Assembly (NCBI GenBank): GCA_026982895.1
Contig: JALWQW010000001.1
Coordinates: forward strand, 17,847-81,846
Direction of reading: 5' to 3'
DNA: 64,000 nt
Source: Candidatus Micrarchaeota archaeon
GTDB lineage: Archaea; Micrarchaeota; Micrarchaeia; Anstonellales; J096
Part shown: positions 17,598-26,111 of the stretch, in pieces
Layout: each line of letters starts with the position of its first letter
Numbering within the stretch: the stretch's first letter is position 1
Notes under the pieces: model-generated
The model's database searches: none
Seen by the model: only the letters and a program-made list of their open reading frames with translations
What the model was told of the DNA's origin: nothing
Position numbers and translations under genes: made by a program

Positions 17598-18029
17598 TTA
17601 AGAAATTGTAACTACTCCACCGTCTCCATAAGCGATGGATATCTCCTTTGAACCTTCTCGTTTCAACTTCTCTATATTGCTTACTCTCAAAGGTGCTTTT
17701 GTGTATTTTGTTATTTGGCTTTCGCCAGTGCTTATTACCAGAACAGAGCCTTCGTTGAGGCTAGTGACATTTATGTTTCGTATGTCTTTTGGCACATTCA
17801 CATACAGCTTTATGTAACTGCCCTCGCCAGAATAATAAACTAAATCAGCGCCTTTAACAAGGGCGTCAGCATAATTGTCTATGAATGTTAGACCCGCGCC
17901 TTTGGCGGAGCTCCTCGCTTGGTTATAAGAGAAAAATAAAATAGGTATAAATAGAACCAGCACAAACCCTACCACAATCAAAAGCTCAAACGACATCTGT
18001 CCTTTTCGGGTTTGTACCTTATTTTCCAT
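17598..18029 (-). CDS. archaeal type IV pilin-like protein (class III signal peptide)
   Basis: N-terminus MENKVQTRKGQ/MSFELLIVVGFVLVLFIPILFF: charged head, KGQ cleavage-like site, conserved Glu, hydrophobic helix. Confidence 0.65.
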   Translation of the reverse strand: MENKVQTRKGQMSFELLIVVGFVLVLFIPILFFSYNQARSSAKGAGLTFIDNYADALVKGADLVYYSGEGSYIKLYVNVPKDIRNINVTSLNEGSVLVISTGESQITKYTKAPLRVSNIEKLKREGSKEISIAYGDGGVVTIS

Positions 18030-18053
18030 ATATATCCTTCACACGCACCTTTT

Positions 18054-19220
18054 TTAAAGATAATCCTCTTCTTCAATCAACTCCACGACAGAGCTTTTCT
18101 TTCTCCTGTCTTTTCTGACATCCTTTAACTTTTTGATAACGCTCTCCATTGCTTCCACAGCTTCTTTGACAGCGGGCAAAAGCTTATAATCCTCTCCATG
18201 GAAATGGTAAGGTTTACCATCGAATTCCACGCTCATGTCGATATTATAGACGCTCTTTCCCTCTTTTATCCTAACAAATACATGGCCTATATCTACCATT
18301 TTTGCTATTTTTTGCAATGGGGCATCTATTGCCTCTTTAATATCGTCGTACAGTATGCCCTCATGCTCTGGCAATCCTGATATGACAATCTCAAAGCTTT
18401 CGCTCATAACGCGGAGTATGATGTTGAGAATATCCCTTACAGATATGAAGCCAACGGGCCTGCGCACAGTTCCGCTTTCACCTTCAGCCACAATTCCGTA
18501 AGACACTTTCTTCTCTATAAATTCTTCAACCACTTTTGGAAGCATCGTCGATGGTTCGATGATTATAGGAGGAGATCTTATGAAGTCCTTTACTTTATAC
18601 TTGCTTTTTAGGGAACCTTTCAATTCAGGTACAAATTGGAGGCTGATCAAGTCGTAGGGCGTTATAACTCCTATAAGTTTTCCGTTTTCTACAACTATCA
18701 TGTGGTGAATTGCTAAATTTTTCATCACAGCCCTCAACCTGCCCAATGTCTCTTCGCTCTCTATTTTGTGAGGAGGAGTCGACATAACGCTCTCCACACT
18801 TATGTTTGGCACATATCCCTCATTCATTAACTCCTTTAACACATCAACTCTGCTTATGAAGCCCTCCGCTTTCCCATTTTCGTCTACAACAGGAAGGGCT
18901 GCGAAGTGGTTTGTAGAGAACTTCAACAACAACTCCTTTATAGAAGCGTCCTTTTTTACACGGGGCGACTTTACAGCAACGCTCCTCACCTTGATTTTTG
19001 AAGCATCGCCGAAGCTTTTAGATAAATGCCTATCGTCTATTATACCTATTAATTTACCTTTATCATCTACTACGCCTATTATGATATCCTCTTCACTTAA
19101 TTTTCCTAGCGCTTTTGAGAGCGGGTCGTTCTCGCTAACAACCTTCATTGAATGAATCTCTATCATGCTTTCACCTACAGCCTTTTTTGGGAATATGCTT
19201 TTAAACCGAAGCCCGTTCAT
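18054..19220 (-). CDS. four-CBS-domain protein with C-terminal HPF/RaiA (ribosomal S30AE)-like domain
   Basis: Four CBS repeats, for example IIGVVDDKGKLIGIIDDRHL and HHMIVVENGKLIGVITPYDL. The C-terminal roughly 110 aa align by eye with E. coli HPF/YfiA topology. Confidence 0.65.
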   Translation of the reverse strand: MNGLRFKSIFPKKAVGESMIEIHSMKVVSENDPLSKALGKLSEEDIIIGVVDDKGKLIGIIDDRHLSKSFGDASKIKVRSVAVKSPRVKKDASIKELLLKFSTNHFAALPVVDENGKAEGFISRVDVLKELMNEGYVPNISVESVMSTPPHKIESEETLGRLRAVMKNLAIHHMIVVENGKLIGVITPYDLISLQFVPELKGSLKSKYKVKDFIRSPPIIIEPSTMLPKVVEEFIEKKVSYGIVAEGESGTVRRPVGFISVRDILNIILRVMSESFEIVISGLPEHEGILYDDIKEAIDAPLQKIAKMVDIGHVFVRIKEGKSVYNIDMSVEFDGKPYHFHGEDYKLLPAVKEAVEAMESVIKKLKDVRKDRRKKSSVVELIEEEDYL

Positions 19221-19820
19221 CTAGTTATTTAGTTCCTCAATATCTTCCATTCTCTTGATACTGCTTATACTATAATATCCTTCACTATTACTCTCTAGCG
19301 TTACGACATAGGCCTTGTTGTCGTTGTACCATATAACTTGCCAACCTTCGCCGTTCTTCTCAACCTTTACCTCTGGCTTCTCTTCTTCGACAAATTGCCT
19401 CACTTCGTCGCTGCCTTGAAGGCTTACACTGGCTATAATCGCATCTTCTTCATATGTCAATTTACAGGGCTTTTTGCATGCATTGCATTCTATGGAAGCT
19501 TTAACAGGATGTTCTGGGAGGAACCTTCCTTCAGGATAAGTATAATAAACATGGTATCTCTTTGGGCAGGTGCTTGAATAATTGTAGGTTACGCGCACGA
19601 CAAGAACCTTACTTCCACCTTTATTTACTATATTTATTATATTAACTCGCTCTGCATTTGGAAATCTTGATGCGGCATCTAATAGCACTGCATCCTTCAC
19701 AGACGTTTTCTCTATATCAACCACCTTCTTTGATGGCGATGCTGCTAGGAGAATAATTATCATTGTCACTAAGAACAATATAATAAGCAAGCTGATTATT
19801 GTTTCGGCAACCTTTCGCAT
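19221..19820 (-). CDS. hypothetical N-terminally anchored extracellular protein with Cys cluster
   Basis: One N-terminal TM (IISLLIILFLVTMIIILLAA). Cys motifs CPKRY...CNACKKPCKL. Abuts the CBS gene (stop/start adjacent). Confidence 0.5.
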   Translation of the reverse strand: MRKVAETIISLLIILFLVTMIIILLAASPSKKVVDIEKTSVKDAVLLDAASRFPNAERVNIINIVNKGGSKVLVVRVTYNYSSTCPKRYHVYYTYPEGRFLPEHPVKASIECNACKKPCKLTYEEDAIIASVSLQGSDEVRQFVEEEKPEVKVEKNGEGWQVIWYNDNKAYVVTLESNSEGYYSISSIKRMEDIEELNN

Positions 19821-20153
19821 GCCTCTTTTTGGTTTGCCGCCTTTTTAAATCTATGCCCTTCAACTCCCCATAATCTTATACAAGCATATTTTATATAATA
19901 TCAATATAAACTTTCTCCAAAATGATTTGCACTGGGCTGGTAAATCCTCTTTACATCTCAAAACGCATTGTTTTAGAGAGAAGAGCTCTTCCAAAGTCAT
20001 GAATAAGCCGCCATCAAGTAAGCTAAGAAAAGCAAAAATAACCTTTTAACACATCATTAGCTCTATAGCTATGTGATATATGACGCCGATGGGGATGTCA
20101 TGCCTCTAATAATAATAGGCTTTTAAAAAATTAGTGGACAGTGTAGTAAAACA

Positions 20154-20906
20154 ATGATCTATATCCCTTCACTCAACACAATAAAGGCCTTTCTACGTAT
20201 GGGTTGGGCAGTTGTTAAGCAGTATCCCATCGGTTCGTTTACTCGCTTTATTCATGCTATCTTTACGGTACCTCTATTGGCATTGGTGTGGAGTCAACTC
20301 ATAGGTAGCAATTATCTGAGCTACTTCATTGTTTCATTTTTCATCATTTTACCCGTCCGCAACATTTACCAAGTAGAACCTTATACATTAAAACTGAAGG
20401 AAGGTTGGCACTTAGCCCTAACGAAACCCATACCTTCCTTTTGGTACTTTGCTCTTTTTTGGTTAAGTAAAATATTTGTGCCTTCGATCTTAACGATATT
20501 GGCAGCATCGATAGTTTTATCATGGATGGGTATCCCCACCTCAGCCTTAACGATAATAGCTGCGTTTTTACTTACAATCGTGTTTAGGATAGCAGAGATG
20601 TATTTTATAGCTGCGTTTTCGTACTACGTATACAATATTTGGGGAGTAGGTGGGATTTTGGTATTTTTTGAACTTTTATTGGGCGGGATCTTGTTTCCGC
20701 TGTCTCTTTTAGCACCTCCCTACCAAAAAATACTCTCTTTTCTACCTTTTTATCATGTAGCGTATGCAAATATTCAAGCCATATTAACGGGTGTACCTGC
20801 GTGGCACAGTTATGCACTCGTTGTGATGTGGAGTGTAGCGATTATCGTTATTGCTTATCCCATCCATAGACGAGGATGGAAACGTTTCGAAAGCCAAGGG
20901 GGTTAA
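20154..20906 (+). CDS. ABC-2-type transporter permease-like membrane protein
   Basis: About 6 TM. Its C-terminal ending RRGWKRFESQGG is paralogous to the next gene's WRRFEAIGG. Confidence 0.55.
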   Translation: MIYIPSLNTIKAFLRMGWAVVKQYPIGSFTRFIHAIFTVPLLALVWSQLIGSNYLSYFIVSFFIILPVRNIYQVEPYTLKLKEGWHLALTKPIPSFWYFALFWLSKIFVPSILTILAASIVLSWMGIPTSALTIIAAFLLTIVFRIAEMYFIAAFSYYVYNIWGVGGILVFFELLLGGILFPLSLLAPPYQKILSFLPFYHVAYANIQAILTGVPAWHSYALVVMWSVAIIVIAYPIHRRGWKRFESQGG

Positions 20907-20907
20907 A

Positions 20908-21678
20908 ATGAAGCTAGCCGTTATAAAACAACTGTTAAAGATTGGGTTTGAGAGATACAACCAATACAAAGTGGAGTATCTTTATGCGATTTTTTTCAGT
21001 GTAACGACACTGCTTATGGTAGGTTTATGGTATTTCTTCACAGGCAGTGGCCATACTATAAAAGGTTGGGATTTTGCGCATCTCGCCCTTTTGAGTATTG
21101 TCTTTAACGCCATAATGTCACTTCTTGAGATGGCCGGTTACTACGATGTATTTACATTTCTACAAACAGATGAAAGGGCTAGGCTCTCTCAAATGTTGAC
21201 GAAGCCCATCGACCCTTTGCTTCGCTACGCGTTCACACACTTTTATCTACAGGGCATTCTGCGTTTAGCCATTTACACGGCAGCAGGAGCTTTCATAGCT
21301 GTGCATTACGGCCTTTTGCATGTAAGCATAAGCTTTGCCCTACTGGTGCTTTTGGCAAGTGCCATTATTATAACATTGTTCAACATAGCGCTTCTACTTT
21401 ATGTAGCGTTCGAGGAGAATGCGCGTGTCTTTGACAATTTTTTATGGGCTATAATGGAAGTGGGCGAGTTACCCCTCACAGCTTTGAAGGGCATCTCAGC
21501 CATCATCTTTACGTTCATTTTGCCTTCTGCCTTTATAGCAGCCGTCCCCGTTAACTGCTTCTCCACAGAATGTCCTTTCAAAGTAACATATGCCCTAATT
21601 TATTTTATGATAGTAGTTTTCTTACTAAAACATGTACACCGTTACGTTTGGCGTCGCTTTGAAGCCATCGGCGGTTAA
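20908..21678 (+). CDS. ABC-2-type transporter permease-like membrane protein (paralogue of previous)
   Basis: ATG lies 1 nt after the upstream stop. Polytopic. C-terminus VWRRFEAIGG. Confidence 0.55.
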   Translation: MKLAVIKQLLKIGFERYNQYKVEYLYAIFFSVTTLLMVGLWYFFTGSGHTIKGWDFAHLALLSIVFNAIMSLLEMAGYYDVFTFLQTDERARLSQMLTKPIDPLLRYAFTHFYLQGILRLAIYTAAGAFIAVHYGLLHVSISFALLVLLASAIIITLFNIALLLYVAFEENARVFDNFLWAIMEVGELPLTALKGISAIIFTFILPSAFIAAVPVNCFSTECPFKVTYALIYFMIVVFLLKHVHRYVWRRFEAIGG

Positions 21679-21718
21679 TAAAATATGATCTTTCTATAGA
21701 GGAAAAGACAATAGAATC

Positions 21719-22483
21719 TCAAACTTTCCCTTTACCATTCTCTTTAACGGCCTTTACGAATCCTCTTATATGCTCGACAGCATTCTCACTCTCAAACGCA
21801 GTCCCCACTTGAATAATATCTGCTCCGGCTTTGATGACATTGCCCGCCTGCTCTGCTGTTTTTATTCCTCCACCAACAATGTATGGCAAAGAAGTAGCCT
21901 TTCTTACAGCTGAAATCATCTCCAGAGGAATGTGCTCTTTTGGATTGCTGCCTGTATCTGTTAGAACATAGTGGAAGCCCATGAGCTCCGCGGCTGTTGC
22001 AAAAGCTGCTGCAATTTTTTCTTTATTTCGTGGTATCAAATCAACATCTCCTACCCATCCAACAGTCCCTCCAGGTTCGACTACGATGTACGCTAAAGGT
22101 AATGCTTCTATACCCATTTTCTTTATCAACGGTGCCGCCAACATCTGCGCTCTAGTTATCCAATAGGGGTTTCGCGAATTCATGAGGCTCATAAAGTACA
22201 TGCCGTCTGCATAGGGTGTTATCGTTGCTATGTTTCCTGGGAACAGCACGACTGGCAAAGAAGTCTCTTCCTTTATGCGTTTTGTCACTTCGTCTAAAAA
22301 TGGACCTTGAACTCCGATGCTTCCTCCTATTAATATTAAATCAACATCAGCCTCTCTCGCATTTTTGGCTGTTTCTACTGCGTGGTCTATATCTTTATAG
22401 TCTAATGGGTCTATCAAAGAGAACATCATCGCTCCATCTCTACTTAGCACATCTTGTATGTATCTCTTTATTTTATCAGCCAT
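21719..22483 (-). CDS. geranylgeranylglyceryl phosphate synthase (GGGPS/PcrB family)
   Basis: Motifs DLILIGGSIGV, LFPGN, IVGGGIKTAEQA. 254 aa TIM-barrel size. Confidence 0.85.
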   Translation of the reverse strand: MADKIKRYIQDVLSRDGAMMFSLIDPLDYKDIDHAVETAKNAREADVDLILIGGSIGVQGPFLDEVTKRIKEETSLPVVLFPGNIATITPYADGMYFMSLMNSRNPYWITRAQMLAAPLIKKMGIEALPLAYIVVEPGGTVGWVGDVDLIPRNKEKIAAAFATAAELMGFHYVLTDTGSNPKEHIPLEMISAVRKATSLPYIVGGGIKTAEQAGNVIKAGADIIQVGTAFESENAVEHIRGFVKAVKENGKGKV

Positions 22484-22536
22484 GCCTTTTTCCTGGTGCG
22501 TTAAGCTTTAAAAGAAGCTCTTTCAATCACACAAGC

Positions 22537-23259
22537 GTGGATGGCGAATTGCTTAAAGCTGTGAAATTTGAACCTGCTGAGGAGGATGAGTTTCTCAATA
22601 CTCTAGCCAAGGACCTTGGCATGAATGTCAATGACCTTAAAGCGAGCTTTGAAGACCTCTCGTACAACTTTACTAATCTCCTGCAATCATTGGATGATGT
22701 TCCTGCATCTAAATTGGAGGACATCAGCGCTTTGATTGCCGATTCAAAGAGAATTGACGAGAATCTTATCTCCAACCTTCAAAAGATTTCGCCTAAATTA
22801 GCTTATAGCCTCAACAACATTAAATCGAGAGAGAAATTAGCCAATGTTTATGTAAAAGAGAACTTTAATATTCCCATATTAAATAGCACTATTGGCAAAC
22901 CTCAGTCCATATTGGATTTGTTAAAGGCTGCTGTTAAATTGAAGAATGACAAGGCTGTGCCAGCAATTATCTCTGCTATGACAGCTTCCAAAGCGTATGT
23001 ATCTCTCGGTTTGGCATTGTCTAATTCTGACATAGTAATACGACATGTATTTGTAAAGGCTATTATACCCTCTCTTCTCTCCTCGGCTATGAGTAAAGAA
23101 GACATCCGTATCTTTGTCCAGCACATCCGCAAGTACTTTTCCAAGACGCACACACATAGGGAGTTCTTCAAGGTTATCCAAAGCCTGCAATACCTCCTTT
23201 TTTTATTCGGCGTTTTCGATAGCACGGTGTTGGATGAATTCATGGGGTGTTTGCTGTGA
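22537..23259 (+). CDS. hypothetical helical protein (first gene of 3-gene operon); start tentative (GTG)
   Basis: The in-frame part downstream of the GGGPS gene. The track ORF start at 22216 overlaps GGGPS antisense and was trimmed. Confidence 0.5.
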   Translation: MDGELLKAVKFEPAEEDEFLNTLAKDLGMNVNDLKASFEDLSYNFTNLLQSLDDVPASKLEDISALIADSKRIDENLISNLQKISPKLAYSLNNIKSREKLANVYVKENFNIPILNSTIGKPQSILDLLKAAVKLKNDKAVPAIISAMTASKAYVSLGLALSNSDIVIRHVFVKAIIPSLLSSAMSKEDIRIFVQHIRKYFSKTHTHREFFKVIQSLQYLLFLFGVFDSTVLDEFMGCLL

Positions 23260-24431
23260 GTTTTTGGGAAGAAATAAGTGAAATATTTGGTAAGGATGTT
23301 AAGCCACTTGAAGGTCTTTTGATGCCTGGGGTCTTTGAAGTCGAGCCTCCGCCGCACCACCAGAGCGTAGGCAGTAAATTATTTTCATTATCCGTTATGG
23401 GCAATCCAGTAGCTCTCTATTTATCCAATCTCTTTGTTTCGTTTGTCGAGAGTGTCACTCCTAAATGTTCTGAGAGGCAATACACTGCATATATATGGGA
23501 AAAAATGGCTGACGCTAAGAAAAATCCCTATGGCCTTAAAGAGTCCAAGTACATCTTAGAGGGGACTAGTAAAGGCCTGTTTCTCAATGGTCGGGCGTTT
23601 AGGAAAGGTGCTCGCATCTATAAAGGCAGTTTTACCCTTTACATGAGTGAAGACCCCCTTACAAAATCTCTTTTTGGCACATCTCTTCCAGAAAACCTTT
23701 CATTAGCTAGAACTATCTCAGCTCTTACTGAAGAAGGTATCTATGGTTGGAAACCTGTTAAAATTAAATTATCCTCCAATCCACTCATAGCTCTTGGGCA
23801 GGCGAGAGCTAAATTTGGTGATAAATTGGGAGGCATATCGTCTGGTAAGCTTTACTACCCAAATCCGGAGCACATGTTCAACCGCCCGGCTTTTAGTGAG
23901 ATGATTTCATATATGGCGCCTTTGGATAGGCTTAAGTATGAGAATATCTACAAGCTTATGGTCGATGCTAGGAGGGCGTTCGCCTTTGGTATGAATATGG
24001 CCGGAAAGGTATTGGAGCTAAAAGAAAAGAAAGCCAGAGAATTGAGGTTCCTTATGAAGGAAGTTATAGTGCCGCAGGAGCTGGCATCAAAGAAGTGGAA
24101 GGAAGATATAGATTATGTTGTTGTCGATAATCTAATTGTTACAACGCTCGCTACACTTATTTTATCTCTAAACAAAGATGGTATGGTATATTTGACATTT
24201 ACAGATAACTCTCTTCATATGAAGGATGTCAGCGGCACGGCTCTTCGAGAGGTGTCTCTTAAAAAAACCCACCCTTCAGATATAGCTGTGAAATACACAT
24301 ACTCAAAGAATAAAATATGGGCCAAGTATATGCGCACCCTTTGGAAAGAAGATATCTTCCCATTGACATTTGAAGAGCATTACACTATCGAGTCCTTTGA
24401 GGACAATGTGGCTGTGGTGATGCACCCATGA
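23247..24431 (+). CDS. hypothetical protein, 394 aa, no recognised domain
   Basis: Long ORF overlapping the upstream gene by 13 nt and the downstream gene by 4 nt. Confidence 0.6.
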   Translation: MFAVSFWEEISEIFGKDVKPLEGLLMPGVFEVEPPPHHQSVGSKLFSLSVMGNPVALYLSNLFVSFVESVTPKCSERQYTAYIWEKMADAKKNPYGLKESKYILEGTSKGLFLNGRAFRKGARIYKGSFTLYMSEDPLTKSLFGTSLPENLSLARTISALTEEGIYGWKPVKIKLSSNPLIALGQARAKFGDKLGGISSGKLYYPNPEHMFNRPAFSEMISYMAPLDRLKYENIYKLMVDARRAFAFGMNMAGKVLELKEKKARELRFLMKEVIVPQELASKKWKEDIDYVVVDNLIVTTLATLILSLNKDGMVYLTFTDNSLHMKDVSGTALREVSLKKTHPSDIAVKYTYSKNKIWAKYMRTLWKEDIFPLTFEEHYTIESFEDNVAVVMHP

Positions 24432-25108
24432 ATAAATTAAAGGCCATGATGGCCGGCGATATAATCTTATCTGAAAATCCTGGAGAGATGATGCGCAAGT
24501 GGCGGGAGATTTTTGAGATATATCAGTCTGAATTGGCAGATTATTTACAGGTTTCGCCATCCACAATAAGCGATTATGAGAGCGGCAGGCGGGCTAATCC
24601 AGGCATAAAAGTCATAAAGCGCTTCGTTGATGCTCTGTTTGAGATAGATATGAAGAGGGGTGGCAAGGTAATCCGCCGCTTATTAGAGGGAGAAACTAAT
24701 TACGGGGAGTATTTTGAAGTTCATGAGTTCTCTGTGGGTCTTAGTTTGAAGGAGTTTGCCAAGATTATAGATGCAAAGGTAGTAACAAACGAGGATATGG
24801 TAGAGGAAACTAAACTATATGGATATGTTCTCCTCCATAGTATCCGCGTCATGCTCGACATGCCTGAAGAGCTTTTCAAGGTACTAACCATGCATGCCAT
24901 AGACAAGGCATTCATATTCTTGGAGGTAAGCACGGGCAGGAGCCCTTTGGTCGTTGTTAGGATAGCTGAAAATAAGCCGAAGGTGGTTGTTCTGCATGAT
25001 TTGGATAAAGTTGACGAGCTTGCTAGAAAGATATCTGAAAGGCAGAGGATCCCAATTTTAACTACGAAGATATCTATAGAGGAGCTGAAGAAGCGTTTAA
25101 ACCTCTAA
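24428..25108 (+). CDS. XRE-type HTH transcriptional regulator with C-terminal alpha/beta domain
   Basis: HTH segment SELADYLQVSPSTISDYESGRRANPG. ATGA overlap with the upstream gene. Confidence 0.75.
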   Translation: MNKLKAMMAGDIILSENPGEMMRKWREIFEIYQSELADYLQVSPSTISDYESGRRANPGIKVIKRFVDALFEIDMKRGGKVIRRLLEGETNYGEYFEVHEFSVGLSLKEFAKIIDAKVVTNEDMVEETKLYGYVLLHSIRVMLDMPEELFKVLTMHAIDKAFIFLEVSTGRSPLVVVRIAENKPKVVVLHDLDKVDELARKISERQRIPILTTKISIEELKKRLNL

Positions 25109-25139
25109 AATGCTCTCGTGAGGCTATTCGTAAAAATAT

Positions 25140-25230
25140 GCCATTTTTCGCCTCGCCTGACCGAAAGGTTTTTAAAGGAAGGCAAAAAATCGCCGTTTTT
25201 CGTCAGTCTTAACCGATAGCTTTTTAAACC
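25140..25230 (+). promoter_or_regulatory. imperfect 39-nt direct repeat (25140-25178 and 25192-25230), each copy ending in a TATA-like tttttaaa box
   Basis: Aligned by eye, 28/39 identical, 52-nt register. The second box lies about 50 nt upstream of the 25277 ATG. A 5-bp stem (cgacg..cgtcg) and gaggtg SD follow. Confidence 0.4.
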
Positions 25231-25276
25231 TTATGTTTTCTCATTGTATCGACGAGACACCGTCGAGGTGTGAAAT

Positions 25277-25651
25277 ATGGGATCAAAAGTAGGACGTGAA
25301 AGGATACATAGGGAGGACGGTTACCTCTACTATGTGAGTAGTGACGGCTATGTATACGCTGTGCCTATGAAGCACAACAAGAGGGGCAGGAAGCACAAGG
25401 TGGGCACTGAGAAGATCCACAAAGAACCTGGCTACCTCTATTATGTAGGCAGTGACGGCTATGTATACAAGGCTAAGATGAACAGGGGTGGCAAGAAAGG
25501 CGCTAGGAGAAAGAAGAGAAGAAAGGCCGCTAAGAAGAAGACAACGAGGAAAAAGAAGAGCACAAGAAAGAAGAAAGCCACCAAGAAAAAGAAAGCCACT
25601 AAGAAGAAGAGCTCCAAGAAGAAGAGCTCAAAGAAGAAAAGAAGGAGGTAA
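25277..25651 (+). CDS. small basic protein: duplicated GYLYYV.SDGYVY module plus 55-aa Lys/Arg-rich tail
   Basis: Internal repeat RERIHREDGYLYYVSSDGYVYAVPM / TEKIHKEPGYLYYVGSDGYVYKAKM. The tail is 37/55 K+R. SD gaggtg lies 7 nt upstream. Confidence 0.7.
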   Translation: MGSKVGRERIHREDGYLYYVSSDGYVYAVPMKHNKRGRKHKVGTEKIHKEPGYLYYVGSDGYVYKAKMNRGGKKGARRKKRRKAAKKKTTRKKKSTRKKKATKKKKATKKKSSKKKSSKKKRRR

Positions 25652-25664
25652 CCCCTCTAACCCC

Positions 25665-25685
25665 TTTTATTTTATTTATCTTTTT
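25665..25685 (+). terminator. oligo-T tract cluster (ttttattttatttatcttttt), putative archaeal terminator
   Basis: Begins 14 nt after the stop codon. Archaeal RNAP terminates at T-runs. Confidence 0.35.
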
Positions 25686-25802
25686 GGGCCTGGCTTTTTG
25701 AGACGACTAAATTGTGTTTTAATGTTGTTTTGGCGTTTTCACATAAATCCGACCTAAAATAGACTGACTTGGCTGTAGCCATTCTTTATTCTGTTTATTT
25801 GA

Positions 25803-26051
25803 TTAGAATCCACTGAACTTCTTAGCGAACTCTGAAACCCTTAGGAATTCGTTTTCTTTTCCCTTTGCCAAGAGGTTTATTCTAGCCATTCTGAGAGCCT
25901 CTTTGACTTTTCTGGCTTCGCTTTGAGTGAGCGGCTTCCTTTTAATCCTCCTCTGCAGGCTCTCCAATGTTTTAAATACCTCTCGTGTTTTTGATACCTT
26001 GAAGTCTTTACTAAGGGAATAAAGTTTTTCAATGGTTGAAGCGCGCACCAT
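25803..26051 (-). CDS. hypothetical small basic helical protein
   Basis: 82-aa ORF divergent from the EF-1beta gene. No recognised motif. Confidence 0.45.
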   Translation of the reverse strand: MVRASTIEKLYSLSKDFKVSKTREVFKTLESLQRRIKRKPLTQSEARKVKEALRMARINLLAKGKENEFLRVSEFAKKFSGF

Positions 26052-26111
26052 GCTCTACTTGGGTCTTCAAAGTTTAAAAAGGTATTGTTTCATAGGGGGC
26101 ACGGTGTTACT

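Noticed and set aside
22216-22536. N-terminal 107 codons of track ORF 22216..23259
   Set aside because: This part runs antisense through the well-supported GGGP synthase gene and translates to Leu/Ser/Cys-rich low-complexity sequence. The plausible gene begins after the GGGPS start, at GTG 22537 or ATG about 22621.
25488-25757. ORF 25488..25757 (Arg/Glu/Pro-rich), and treating 25480-25650 as a non-coding AAG microsatellite
   Set aside because: This is the +1 frame of the Lys-rich tail. The main frame is continuous with a well-formed N-terminal domain, an SD and a stop followed by T-runs, so the purine-rich repeat is coding.
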